A stretch of 29,199 nt of DNA, taken from contig CDMY01000696.1 in assembly GCA_001179505.1 (NCBI GenBank), positions 1 through 29,199 on the forward strand. Direction: 5' to 3'. This DNA is from Vitrella brassicaformis CCMP3155 (taxonomy: Eukaryota > Protista > Chromerida). A program made the position numbers and the translations under genes. Positions within the stretch are counted from its first letter, which is position 1. Each line of letters begins with the position of its first letter. Positions 1 to 10,977 of the stretch are shown one piece after another. Below the pieces are notes generated by a model, which did no database searches, was not told the origin of the DNA, and worked only from the letters and a program-made list of their open reading frames with translations.

Positions 1-1325
1 GAAGTGACCACCATCTACACCATGGACGAGGGCGTGCAGGCCGGGGAGGGCCTCCATGCGGAAGGCCTCCCGGTGCTGTATGACCAGGCCCAGCTGGTGC
101 GCATGCTGAGCGAGGGGCTGGAGAAAGAACTGCCCAAAGACGCATCGCTGATATCACTTGGCGCGAGCAAGTCGGTGTGGGGGAAGTTGTGGGTGGCGGC
201 CGAGAACACCTTCACGATTTGGGGGACAGTTGTCGTTCTGATTCTCACGCGCATCAAGGAGATCGGTTTGAAGCAGGCCCTCACTGCCGAAGAGCCCTAC
301 GGAGAGGTGAGCAGCACACACAGGACAGCAATGCACACACTGCACACACAGCAGGCTGCCCCTCATTCTGTTGCTCCCTTTCCTGTCAGTTGCCCTTGGG
401 TGGCCTGGGCACGTTCCGCATCAGCGCATCCCTCTCGGTCTTCCTGCGGGACATATTCACCGAAACGGGCGTCAACTGGGGCTTCCAAACCCTGTACGTG
501 CCGTCCATCATCCCCTTTGTCCTCGTCTCCCTCCTCACCATGCTGCTGCACCGCAAACGGCTGCAGGCGTCACCATGGAGGATATTCACCGAGACCGCCA
601 TGCGCCTCAAGACACCTGTCATCGCACTGTGTGGTGCCTTGTCGCTGGTGAATCTGCTGCAGAGGGCGCCAGAGGGGCGCGATTCGCCAGCCACGACGGT
701 GGGCCAGACGCTGTCTGCCGCTCTGGGTGTCGGCTGGGTGGTCATCGCACCCATACTCGGAGCTCTCGGCAGCTTCTTCTCTGGGAGCACCACGGTGAGT
801 TGGTGAGGCATGCGTGGAAAGACGATACTTGAATCAATGGCTGGTCTTGGTTTTCCTTAATCAGGTGGCGAATCTGACGTTTGGTGATATCCAACGAGTG
901 GCGGCCGAAGATCTGGTGAGTGGGCTGAGATGACTAGAGATGGCGTGCTCTCGTGTTGCTGACCTGACTGTTGGTCTTGTTGGTCTGTCAGGAAATGTCC
1001 ACGACATCATTCCTGGCCCTGCAGTCCATGGGTGCCGCACTGGGCAACATGGTGGGTGAGAGGTTCAAGAGACAGAAAACGATCATTCCTGCGCGTCTTC
1101 ACTTCCCCTGTGTTTGCTGTCTGTCTGTCTGTCTGCCTGTCTGTCTGTCAGATCTGCATCCACAACATCCTGTCTGCAAGGACGGTGTTGGGCGTGGAGG
1201 AGCCCGAGGGCGTCTTCATCAAGAAGACGGCCCTCCCAGCGCTTGTCTACTACGTCATCGGCACAGCACTCGGTGCGCTCCTGATCTTCACCACTGCCTG
1301 GTGGGGAGCCGTCGACGTCGCGTGA
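1..1325 (+). CDS. lctP: L-lactate permease family (LctP/PF02652-like) membrane transporter, 5'-truncated; exons 1-306, 390-794, 865-915, 992-1051, 1152-1325
   Basis: Four GT-AG introns join in phase 0 to give a continuous hydrophobic protein. It carries LctP C-terminal motifs: IAPILGALGSFFSGSTTVANLTFGDIQ, LALQSMGAALGNMICIHNI and EGVFIKKT. Stop TGA at 1323-1325. Confidence 0.88.
1118..1149 (+). repeat. (CTGT)n microsatellite at the 3' end of an intron
   Basis: ctgtctgtctgtctgtctgcctgtctgtctgtc directly before the acceptor AG at 1150-1151. Confidence 0.9.
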
Positions 1326-2091
1326 GAGAGACTTCTACTGGCTGGGCCATCCATCTTTTTGGCCTCTCTGATGACAGACATCGTCTGCCGCATTTATACA
1401 TACACACACACGTGTGGTTTCCGGTCGTGGTGTGATGGATGTCCGTTATGGTGCCTTTTTGGGAGGGGAGGGGAGTGAGTGTTGATTCGCTATCGCGATA
1501 GCCTGCAGTGTCTTGGTTACTTACATTCATGTGGTGCAGTCAGTGTGGTGTGTTTTATAGCCAGGCAGGGAGGTAGATCGATCCGTGTCGGTCTGTCAGC
1601 TCCCGACGAGGCAGTCGTCCCTTTATGGAGCTGCGCTGTGCGGGAGCAGAGGGCGGCGGACACCATTAGGCAGGCCACGTTTTTGCGGCCGGTTTCTAGT
1701 AGGCAAGAAGGAAGACGGCTGGCTGGCCTCACATTCCTTTGGATGTGTAAGGCAGGAGGATCTGGTGGGACATGCAGGAGTGGTCCGTCATGAACACATA
1801 CATGGATGGATGGAATCGTTGGTCGATCATTGCTGCCGGCACATATCGATGGAGCCATCTCAGTGGCTCGCTCAGCACGTTGGTTGATGCGCATGAAAAG
1901 ACCATGCAATAGATTCATGCAGTCATTCCATTGTACTCAACTGACTGGCTGGTGTGTTGGTCTTGGCCGTCTAATCCGAAAAGAGAGCCCCTCCGCAGGG
2001 ACGGTGAGGGCCGCCGTTGCCCCTGCATCACAGAGAGCACCAAGTGACGCATTATGTGCCTGCGAGTCTGTATGTGTGGGTGTCTGAATGC

Positions 2092-2705
2092 CTACCACAC
2101 AGGTCCCCAAAGCTGTGCCCACTTGTCCGCCTGGTACTGGCGGAGACCGTACAGCTCCAGCCAAATGTTACCAGACTCAGCAAACTGAGCACCACACACA
2201 TCTGTCTCTCGTCTGAGGTCTCTTTGGCTGGCTGCGGGGCCTCACCACTCTGGGACTGCCACCGAATCCCTTCCCCTGAGGCGTGAAAGCACACCGACCG
2301 GCCTCCTCGTACTTGCGGGCCTTCTCCGACAAACGATGGGAGTGGAGCGAATACAGCCGCTCGTGAACCGATCCCTGACAGCCACAGAGAGACACGTGGT
2401 CCACAAGCACTTGTCAAGCAGCAGCCATGCAGGCCACGCCTTGTCTGCTGACCCTGGAGAGCCGAGCAGAGTTCTTGTTGATTCGGGGCGAGTACGTCTC
2501 CTCCTTGTTCACCGGTGCCTCCTTGGGGCCTTTGCTGGCGAGTCCGTACAGGCGCTCGTGGATTGGTTCTGCAGTGACGGACACAGAGGGCGGCACTCAC
2601 TTTCCCCCTCTCCCCTTCCCCTCCCAATGTCGAGAGAAGCTCACCACTTCGTTGCAGCCTGGCGCTGGCCTTGTTGATCACGGGACGAAATGTGAGCTGT
2701 GCCAT
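2092..2705 (-). CDS. Small hypothetical protein (~132 aa) with about three internal repeats (FxPxINKxSARL / HERLYxL); exons 2705-2645, 2568-2453, 2374-2246, 2184-2092
   Basis: GT-AG introns give a phase-consistent ORF: MAQLTFRPVINKASARLQRSEPIHERLYGL...YSPRINKNSARLSRGSVHERLYSL...AFTPQ...IWLELYGL. The repeat units only align after splicing. An alternative last exon could end at 1971, and the start may lie further upstream. Confidence 0.55.
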
Positions 2706-3185
2706 CGAGACCGGTGCAAAGCGGGCGTGAGTTGCTGACAAAAGCTGCTTGAGAAGCGAGCGAAGCGTTTCAAAAAGCCGTAAGAAAGAGTTCCTTAAGT
2801 TCGGCAGAGAAAGGGCCAGAAAACTCGTTGGAAACCTATGACGATGCTGATTGAGGCGATTATACGTTGATGCGACGACGATAAGAGTGGACTTTTTCGC
2901 GTGCGAGCTCCAATGGGGGCTATGGGGGCCTTTTCTTGGGAGCCTGGCCAATTTCGACTGGCGAACTGGCCAAACCGTCTGGTGCCGCCATCAGCGTCGA
3001 CAATGGTGCACAAGAACGACGTCGCCCGACGAGGGGCTACGTCATTGAATGTGAATGTGTTGCTCAGGCTGTCTCCTCACTGGCTGACTCAGTCTGGCAG
3101 CAGTGCTTGCCGTTTCACATCCACATTCGCATTCAAGAAGGCACGAATTCATCGGTCCATCCATATGTATGCCAACGTCGGCAAC

Positions 3186-4734
3186 CTATCCAAGAATGCT
3201 TTTTCTCCTGAACCACCATGAGTGCTCCTGAATGACACAGGGCAAAAAGACACACAGCATGGCTCTGTTCCTGCCTGTTCTCTGCCCATTTCGCTGCAGA
3301 CTTACACTTATCTCGAAGACAACGGTGTCCAGAAGGCCGCTGAAGGCGAGGATGCCGCCCAAAGTGGCAAAGCTCTTTGTTACAAACTCCCACAGGTCCC
3401 TTCTCGTCTCATGCACGCGCACCACGAAGGGCGTGAAAGAGTATGAAAGGTGGAGGCCGGGCGATGAGCCCATGGGCGACTCGGCCGGATGAGAGACGTG
3501 CGACGATGCCGGCATGTCCAGGATTTTAGAGCTCTCCAAGACCGACACCTGAAGACGAGAAAGAATGTGCCTTGATGCTTGTGGACGAGAGCATGTTGTG
3601 TACGGGGCAGCGCACCTGATAGGAATGTACGGGGGCCGCTTTGCTCAGGGGGTAATACTCTGTGGGGATGCCTTTGAGGTGGTAGACGTAGCGCATTGGA
3701 GGATACCCACTCGGACCTGGCACACATAAGTACGCCAGCCGGTCAGCATCGTGTCTGTCTCGCTCCTCCTCTGTTTGTGGCCTCACCTATCGGCCCTCTG
3801 TGGAGGTGCCTGTTTGGCTTGTCCGTCAGGGCCACATTGTTGTGCACACTTCCGTCCCCGGGCAGCTCAGGGCCCATTGTCAAGACATCCACCCGATGGC
3901 TGAACGGACACATTCAGCTTTCATAGGCAAGCGCAATCGACAGCTGTGCCAAACTCTCACCTCCAGTTGAGAAATAGCGCCTCTGGCAGCAGCTGGCGTG
4001 AGCCGTGGTAGACCGGCGTGTTCATGCCTGGTGCAGCACCTGTGTCTCGGACAGAGACTGTCAGATGACCTGCCCGCTGCACAAGACGACATGGATGAAG
4101 AGCAATGAGGCCGAATGAATGGACTGAGATCACACTTGTGCACGCGCACCTTCGGAACAAGGAAGAAGACCTCCAGCCGGCACCCATCATAGCTGTTGAG
4201 CCCGTGTGAATCATCAGGCGCATCCAAGGAAAGCTTGAACATCTCTGCGTGCGGCTTGCGCCTCGCCCTGGCCTTCATCCGGCCTGTGCGGCCCCAATGT
4301 ACGTCAGTATGGCTCCCCTTCGGTAGTCGATGGGGCTTGACAAACGACAGCATATTGCTGCGACTCTTAGTGTCGACGGCAGTCAGCTCGAGCACTGCAA
4401 AAGGACAAGTAAGGCGCAGCAGAATCCATGGGTGGGCGGTTCTGCACTGTGGCTGCATCATCTGACGTTCGCAAGGGATGTGTGGGAAGGAAACATTGAG
4501 GAAGATGTCCACCAGCTGCGCCTCCTCATTGACGCCGCTCTCTGCATCTGGAGGCGGCCTGGTGTCGACGACCATCTCTTCCTTCAGATGCACCTCCATG
4601 AAGAAGCCCAGCTCCGAGAAGAAGAGGCTGAGGATGATGGCAGCTGAGAAGAGCGTGAGCACCCCAGAGAACGCGGTGTTGATGCATAGATCAGCTGCAG
4701 GCTTGGTGAAAGAGTCCAGCGCGGAAAGGCCCAT
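3186..4734 (-). CDS. Erv46/Erv41 (ERGIC2/3) family ER-Golgi COPII vesicle protein, about 7 exons
   Basis: N-terminal 'LDSFTK...SGVLTLFSAAIILSLFFSE' TM segment. Family motifs: NVSFPHIPC, GCRLE..VPK.AG, spliced NWSHRVDVLTMG, YVYHLKGIPTEY, YQ|VSV and PGLHLSYSFTPFVV..E....EFVTKSFATLGG with a C-terminal TM. All are recovered across GT-AG junctions. Confidence 0.9.
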
Positions 4735-4857
4735 CGCGATGTGTCAAAGAAAGAGAGAGGACGGGGGAGATGCAGTGCAGAAGGAGGAGGGGGCCCACGC
4801 AAAAGGCGAGCTAAGCCGAGTCTCCAGGGGCTCCCTTCTTCAAGTTCTCGTCGGAGG

Positions 4858-7800
4858 ATGGCTGAGGCAGATGCTGTCGTCGATGGCCCTCAGTCCCCAC
4901 GCCACTATCACTTCACAGACCGGGCCACGTCTCGGGGGAAGGGGCGGGACGATGGGAAGGTGTTCCGTGATGAGGAACACCTTCCGGCATACCGCTGCAC
5001 TCATTGCATGATGATGAGGACGGATGAGGCGACAGAAAGGCCTATCAGGTGACCAACAGGCAAACGAGGTGTCGCTCTTCTCCCATTCCTGCGTTCTTTG
5101 TCCGTCCCGCTGCAGCCGCGAGTCTCTGGCTTCGTCGAGAAGACAAGCAGTTGAAGATCCATCCACTTGCCCCACGTAGGACAGAAGCAGATGAGTCACA
5201 TGTTGGTTACCGTGTGTGTGTGTTTGTGTGTTTGTGTATTTGGTTCAGATTTTTCTGGCTGCTTGAGCGCCTTCGTCAGCCAACAGTTCCCGGCAAAGCG
5301 GCAGGTCCACTGCCGCCTCCCGTGTGCGCCGGGCCTTATCCGCTGTTCGTCCCCGAGACTATTACCTTCACAAAAGGGAGGCCGAAGAACGTATACTACT
5401 GCGACAGACATGGGTGATCCATATCTCAGAGCACAGAACACACATTCGTCTCGATGCAGTCAGTGATGGTGTGTCTCCAGGCACCTTCGCGTGCTGCGTC
5501 AAGCGAGTCGGCTCCAGTTCACGGACCTCCCAAAGCTGTTCGGCCGCATAGCCCGGGTGAGACGTCAAATGCCGGCTCAGCTGCCTCTCGGCTGCGAGCT
5601 GGAGGAAGACAGGGAAGAGACATTCGGCTGGGGAGGGGCTGTGACGCTCGACATGATAGACCTGGGCAAGACGCTGCGGAGCTTCTTTGGGGGAGATGAG
5701 CCGAGGAACCAGGCCAATTCGGCACCACAGACAGGTGGACATACCACTTCAATGGCGTTCCCTCATCAGTATCCATCTTTGGTATTGATCCAGCCCCTGG
5801 TTCCCCTCAGATGCGTCTCTCACGCCAGAACTCGCCAAAAATCAAGGCTCAGGCCGCCAAACCAGCGACGCACCCTCAGGCGTCCAGCGGTTCCCTCAAG
5901 CTGCCCCGTAACATGCTGCTCATGCGTGCAGCGAAGCCTCTACGCGGAGGTTCTGTCGAGGAGGGCAAAGAAAACCAGGAATGGGTCGGCACAAGGCGAA
6001 GCTCTGCAGCGTAAGACGAGACAAAAGGCACCCGTTCCGTATATACGGCTTTTGCGTGTGCCTTTTCAGCTATTCTGTAACCGACAGCAAGGAGGAGGTT
6101 GCGATGATCCACTTCGAAGATGGGGCGACAAAGGTCATGACGGAGGGCGAGTTGACAAGGGCGTGCAGCACTGCACGAGCGCAGAACTCGACCATTCCCG
6201 TAAGAAAGCCAAGCGCTCGCCTTGCACATGACTTCATTCCCGTGTGTCTCTCTATTCTTAGTGGAGTGACGTGTCTCACATCCAGGCCATTGTCGCACCA
6301 CCCAAGGCATGATCTGAACTCACAGAAGGATGGGCCCGCAAGCATTGTGTACTCACTTGGTTTGCAGGAAAGTCGGTCTATCGTGTATGAGTACAATGCA
6401 TGGCGAAAGCCTTCTGCCGGCCCTCCAGCGTGGGTACGCGAACACGATTTCTCGAGGATACCGCCCCCCAAAGAGGTGAAATATAAGGGGAGGACGCCAG
6501 AATGGCCATACCTGACCTGTTGTTTTCAGGAGCGAGGAGACGCTTTCCAAGTGGTGGATGTCAAGAACATCGTGTCATCGATCCCTCTGTCCATCAATCA
6601 CTTCCTCACCATGTATTCGGCTGTCTTTGTCCGCCCTGATGGCTGCTCACCTGCATTTCTCTCCTTCAGGCATTTCGCTGTGGAGTTGCACAAAGGTGTC
6701 TTCGAGTTTGTGAGGGACCGGCACTCCACTTACTGGCTGATCGGTGCCAAAAAGCTGCGGATCGGCAAGTTTTTTGAGCGCCCGGCCGCGTCAGCGGCAG
6801 TCACGCCCGACCGCATGCCCATTCTGATCAGGTCAGCACAGCAACTTCAATCGATTGCTGTGTGCCTGGGGGGCCTTGGGACCTTCCGCGTTGTTTGATG
6901 TTCAATGCTAGATACTACTCCGAGGACGCTCTGCTGCGCGCATCGATGTCGCCGACATCTGGTAAGTGATGTCGTTTCTGATTGGTCCGCGCTTTTGAGA
7001 ACATGCATGCATTCCCGGCTGTAGGTGCTCGCTTCGAGAAGATGCAGGCAAGAATGCTCGGGCACTATCAAGGCATCAAGGTTGGTGACTGCATATCACA
7101 AACATCTTCTTGTTTTCTGAAGCAGACCTGCATCGCTGTATGCAGGACAAGCTGTCGATCGACTCGTTGCTCATTCGTGAGTACGAGGATCCCCAAGTCG
7201 CGATCCCAGCCTTCGAAGCCACAGACCTCACTGCACTCAAGAAGCACCTGAGAGGTAGCGAATCGCATACTAGCGAAGCTCTCACATTGAGTGACCCGTG
7301 CCGTGTTTCTCTCTGTTTCATCAACAGCATATACGTCGCCACGCGAGGATGTCGCGTCCCCTCCTCCTTACCAACCGTTCCAGAGCGAAGAGAGGCGATT
7401 CCGCCCTTCAGTCCATCCCCCTAGCCCCACCCCTTTCGACTCGCCCCGCAGACGTGCAATCCATGAGGCACTTCAGTGGGCGTCGGGTCAGGGGCGGCTG
7501 ATGGCCTACGAGAAGCAGGGATTCGTCAAGCGGAGGGTGCCCAGTGAGTCGCAGACAGAGGTCGTCGGCAGGCCGTACAAGATGTACAAACGGAGAGGGG
7601 GCGAGCTCTGCTTTCCGTCCAGCGGACACATGTACCCATTCAGGCCAGCCCCTGCACAACCGGCGACACGTGAAGAGCGCCCATCCGTCAGCGAGAGAAA
7701 GATGGACCTGGGTGTTGATCTGTGGCTTCCGGAGTCGTCACGACCGCAGGACTTTGTGCCCCAGCTGCGACTCCGGGTGGTGGAGGTGCCGAGACACAGA

Positions 7801-7983
7801 TTCCGGCCCTCTGTGCCTGACTCGCCTCCCAAGCTGCGGAGGCCTGTGTCGTACGGCACTGGCGTCCATGTTTTCCCTGCTGCTGCTGATGGTTGGGTGA
7901 GGAGAGAGAGGGTGCAGAGAAGGTCTATCGGTGACATAAGGAGAGAGACAGCCATGATGCTGGAAGACCTTAACGGCAGGTGA
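4858..7983 (+). CDS. Large multi-exon hypothetical protein with a possible degenerate ATP-grasp/TTL-like core and a low-complexity Pro/Arg/Ser C-terminus
   Basis: Phase-consistent exon chain: 4858-5048, 5116-5176, 5249-5412, 5481-5733, 5794-6010, 6070-6198, ~6262-6306, 6368-~6475, ~6530-6612, 6670-6831, ~6922-6961, ~7025-7084, ~7125-7255, ~7328-7983 (boundaries approximate). It yields globular-looking segments VPETITFTKGRPKNVYYCDRHG, VAMIHFEDGATKVMTE, IQAIVAPPK and GVFEFVRDRHSTYWLI. Function is inferred only. Confidence 0.65.
6307..6367 (+). other. Putative non-canonical GC-AG intron (61 nt)
   Basis: Donor AAG|GCATGA and acceptor tttgcag|GAA. Removing it skips an in-frame TGA and joins IQAIVAPPK to ESRSIVYEYNAW in phase 0. 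Confidence 0.55.
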
Positions 7984-8068
7984 ATGCGCGTGAGATTCTG
8001 TGTCCATGCGTCCATTTGTCCCTTCATGAACCACCGAGATAAGGTGTGCGGAAGATGTGAATAATCCC
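7949..8068 (+). repeat. Diverged dispersed repeat, copy A (partner 10823-10921)
   Basis: 20-nt exact match CAGCCATGATGCTGGAAGAC, then 22/27 identity. Further similarity follows after a ~21-nt insertion in this copy. Confidence 0.85.
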
Positions 8069-8663
8069 CCTTCGCGTGGCGCAAAACCGATGGGTCACTA
8101 AATTGGTGCCAGCAGAGACACCGACAGGAGAGATACACGCTGCTCGCTTCTGAGCAGAGCATCCGGTGAGACGCAGAGAAGGAACACACTCAGGCAGAAA
8201 AGAGCACACATACAGGCATAGAGCCCTTCAAGCCGGCAAGATCACGTAGACAAAAAGACAGCAATAGTGAGTGCTGCATGCTTGGCTGCCCCTGGCGGTC
8301 CTATCTGCCGGCTCGTATGCACTCCCGCGCAGCTCAAGACGCCTCCGTACGCAAGCCTACCGCTCACTCTCTCGCTCGCACATGCAATGCAGCCCCCTCT
8401 CAAATGTGTGCATGGCTGTGCATTCAGGCCTGCTGCCCCTCAAGTGCTGCCCGCCACTTCGCCAGCAGCAGGCTGCGGCCGTATCTTTGTGGATGTCTTG
8501 GCCTGCCGTTTGACCTCTTCTCTGCTCTTCGCGACCTGGGACTTGCCGTCGCCCGCACGACACCCGAATATTGCCCAAGATTGCCCACTTCTCACCCTTC
8601 AGCCATCAGCAGTGGGAACTGATGACCTGCACCACACACAGACAGATCAAACATGTCTTCACT

Positions 8664-8687
8664 GGATGGATGGATGGATGGATGGAT
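8664..8687 (+). repeat. (GATG)n microsatellite
   Basis: tggatggatggatggatggatgg seen directly. Confidence 0.9.
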
Positions 8688-9753
8688 GTGGTGGCTCACT
8701 GACTGACCACATGGCGTCTTGTTGGCCGCCGATGAGCTACCAGCAGCAGCGGCAGATGAGGAGGCCGCCATCACCGAACCAACACGCCTGCAGTGATTGA
8801 TGAGCCGACAAGACACGGAGAGAGGTGCACAGATGTGTCAACGCATTGAGGTGACTGAACGGGTCAGGGAGTGTGTGGCCTCCCTCTCAACTCTGCTATC
8901 TGTCAGCTGAGCGGCCCGCCATCCCACCACATCAGTCGACAGGGCGGCGGTGTGACGGATGACTCCGCTGATTCGCTAAGCCGTTCTCTCAGCCGAATGC
9001 CCCACACTCCCCAATGCACAGCTGTCCGAAAGGAGAAAAGGCCGCCAAGGACTCGTAGGGCTCAGGGTTTAAACCCTACCCTGTCACCCTCTTCAGCGCC
9101 CTGCCCCACCCCGGGTCTGCCAATTGGCTCCTTGTCAGCCTTGGTCACGGCCCACTGCACGAGATCTGTCAGCTGTCCCCTCTCTCTGTCGGCACACAGG
9201 CGGCTGCTGGCGGCACAGGCAGGTGCGCAATTGAGGCGGACGTCATGCACACGGTGGGCACGTGACACGCCGAGATGATGCATGTGCTGTCTGGACGGTT
9301 GGTGCTTGGATCTGTGTGTGGTGTGCTGCAGACGTCGTGCTGTGTGTGAGGTGCAGAGCGGTGTGACAAAGGAGTGAGGGCACTCCAACAACTGGTACGC
9401 CGAGACAGATGGGCACGTGTGCATAGCGGGACAGGCAGGACTCACACGCACAGATGTCTCCTCTCTCTGTGTGGCGTGTGTCATCTGAACGGATGCAGAT
9501 GGCTGATGGCGATGATATGTGCTGAAGGGAGAAGGATCGGCCGATGAGCCGACGGACGGACTGAACTGAACTGAATCTCTCACTATGTCGCCTTTGGTCG
9601 TATGTGCGTCAATCTCACTGTGTTGTGTTGTGTTGTGGGGCTTTGCGTGTCGGTCGGTCTGGCTGCCACTGTCATCACCTCCTGGCCCTCCACCTCTCAG
9701 CCGTCAGCTGCCATGAGTGCGTCGGCTGATGAGTGGGGGGCGGGGGAAAGATG

Positions 9754-9782
9754 ACAGACAGACAGACAGACAGACAGACAGA
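9754..9782 (+). repeat. (ACAG)n microsatellite, with a second array at ~9927-9950
   Basis: gacagacagacagacagacagacagacag seen directly. Confidence 0.9.
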
Positions 9783-10822
9783 GAGGGAGGATTGGGTGGC
9801 CGGCTGCACAAAGGAGTCGCTGTGTCGTGTGGCGGTGGCCGTCTGTCTGTGAGCTGTCCTTCTGTGATGTGTGCTCGCGAGAGTTTGTTGATCTCTCGTC
9901 GATGCATCCGTCACACACGGCCGGCTCACAGACAGACAGACAGACAGACCGACACACACAGACTCTGATCTGCCTGTGAGAGAGAGACTGACCTTCTTCT
10001 ATCTGGTACCATGTGTTGGTTTCCCTCATGTGTGTCCTCCCCCCTCTCTCTGTGGGCATCTTGCATCTCAGCTCTCAACTTCAGAGCGTCAACCCATGAA
10101 GGGTGTTGGTGCTTTTGGGTTGCCGGGCGGTGACAGAGATGCGCACAGAGGGGGTGGGTGAGGGAATGAATGGACAAACACACGACTGCTGATCCATCAC
10201 ACCGACACGGCAGTAGCTAATTGGATGGATGCTTAGATCTTTTGGGCCGCATAGAAGGGATGTGGCTGCTGCCATGATGGCCCTGTTGTGGCCATGATGG
10301 CCCTGCTCACCATGATGCCATGCTGCCACCGACTTTTCATACGAGTTGTGCAGTTTTCAAACTCCTTCTCTGCTGCTGCGTGTGTCTGGCTGGTGCGTCT
10401 CGCTGTGTGTATGTGTTTGGTGGTCGCCTGGGTTGGGAGTATCCCTTAATTCGTGTGTCGGAGACACACCGAGGGAGAAAGGATCATGCCACTTTTCGGC
10501 ATGATTTCATTCGGCCTCACTTGGTTGCCGGCTTCTCTCTCTCTTCCTCATGCGTGTGTGCGTTCTGTGCGTCCGTATGCGTATGTGCACCAAACGTATA
10601 CGGTGAGTAGGCCGTGGTCTGTTGTGTATCTTCGTGTTGCTTTGGGTGGGACAAGCCGCCAGCTTTTCACTCCTTCTCCCCTTTCCATGCGACCACGTGT
10701 GTGTGGGCGTGTTGATGACCGTATCAAGTGTTCATGCGCCGTCGATTACGTGATGCATATGTGCTGTGAGCGCGAGCGCATCGCAAGTGTGGACAACAGG
10801 GGAAGAAAGAGAGTGCATCTAT

Positions 10823-10921
10823 CAGCCATGATGCTGGAAGACATTAATGGGCGGTGAATGCTCGTGAGAGTCCTCTTCATCAACCACCCATGGACAAGTG
10901 TTGCGTAGAGATGGAAATCCC
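10823..10921 (+). repeat. Diverged dispersed repeat, copy B (partner 7949-8068)
   Basis: Direct alignment by eye to 7949-8068. It ends about 57 nt upstream of the perforin-like ATG. Confidence 0.85.
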
Positions 10922-10977
10922 GCGCGATCTCCGTTTACCGACCTTGGCTAAGAAGCTGGAAAGGCGGGAAGGCAGAA

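Noticed and set aside
2052-2951. 299-aa minus-strand ORF as a single-exon gene
   Set aside because: It reads through intron-like sequence. The repeat-bearing coding parts lie in different frames that are joined by splicing.
6866-6890. Peptide LGGLGTFR identical to one in the lactate permease (393-416)
   Set aside because: It lies inside a predicted intron, has only 8 low-complexity residues and no flanking similarity. About one such match is expected by chance across six frames.
7291-7983. Long ORF next to a dispersed repeat considered as a retrotransposon remnant
   Set aside because: No gag, RT, RNase H or integrase motifs in any frame, and no LTR or TSD. It splices in phase onto the upstream gene.
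10272-10325. Short tandem repeat CCATGATGGCCCTG (2.5 copies)
   Set aside because: Irregular 18-20 nt period and too few copies. It is not CRISPR-like, since there are no unique spacers and the context is eukaryotic.
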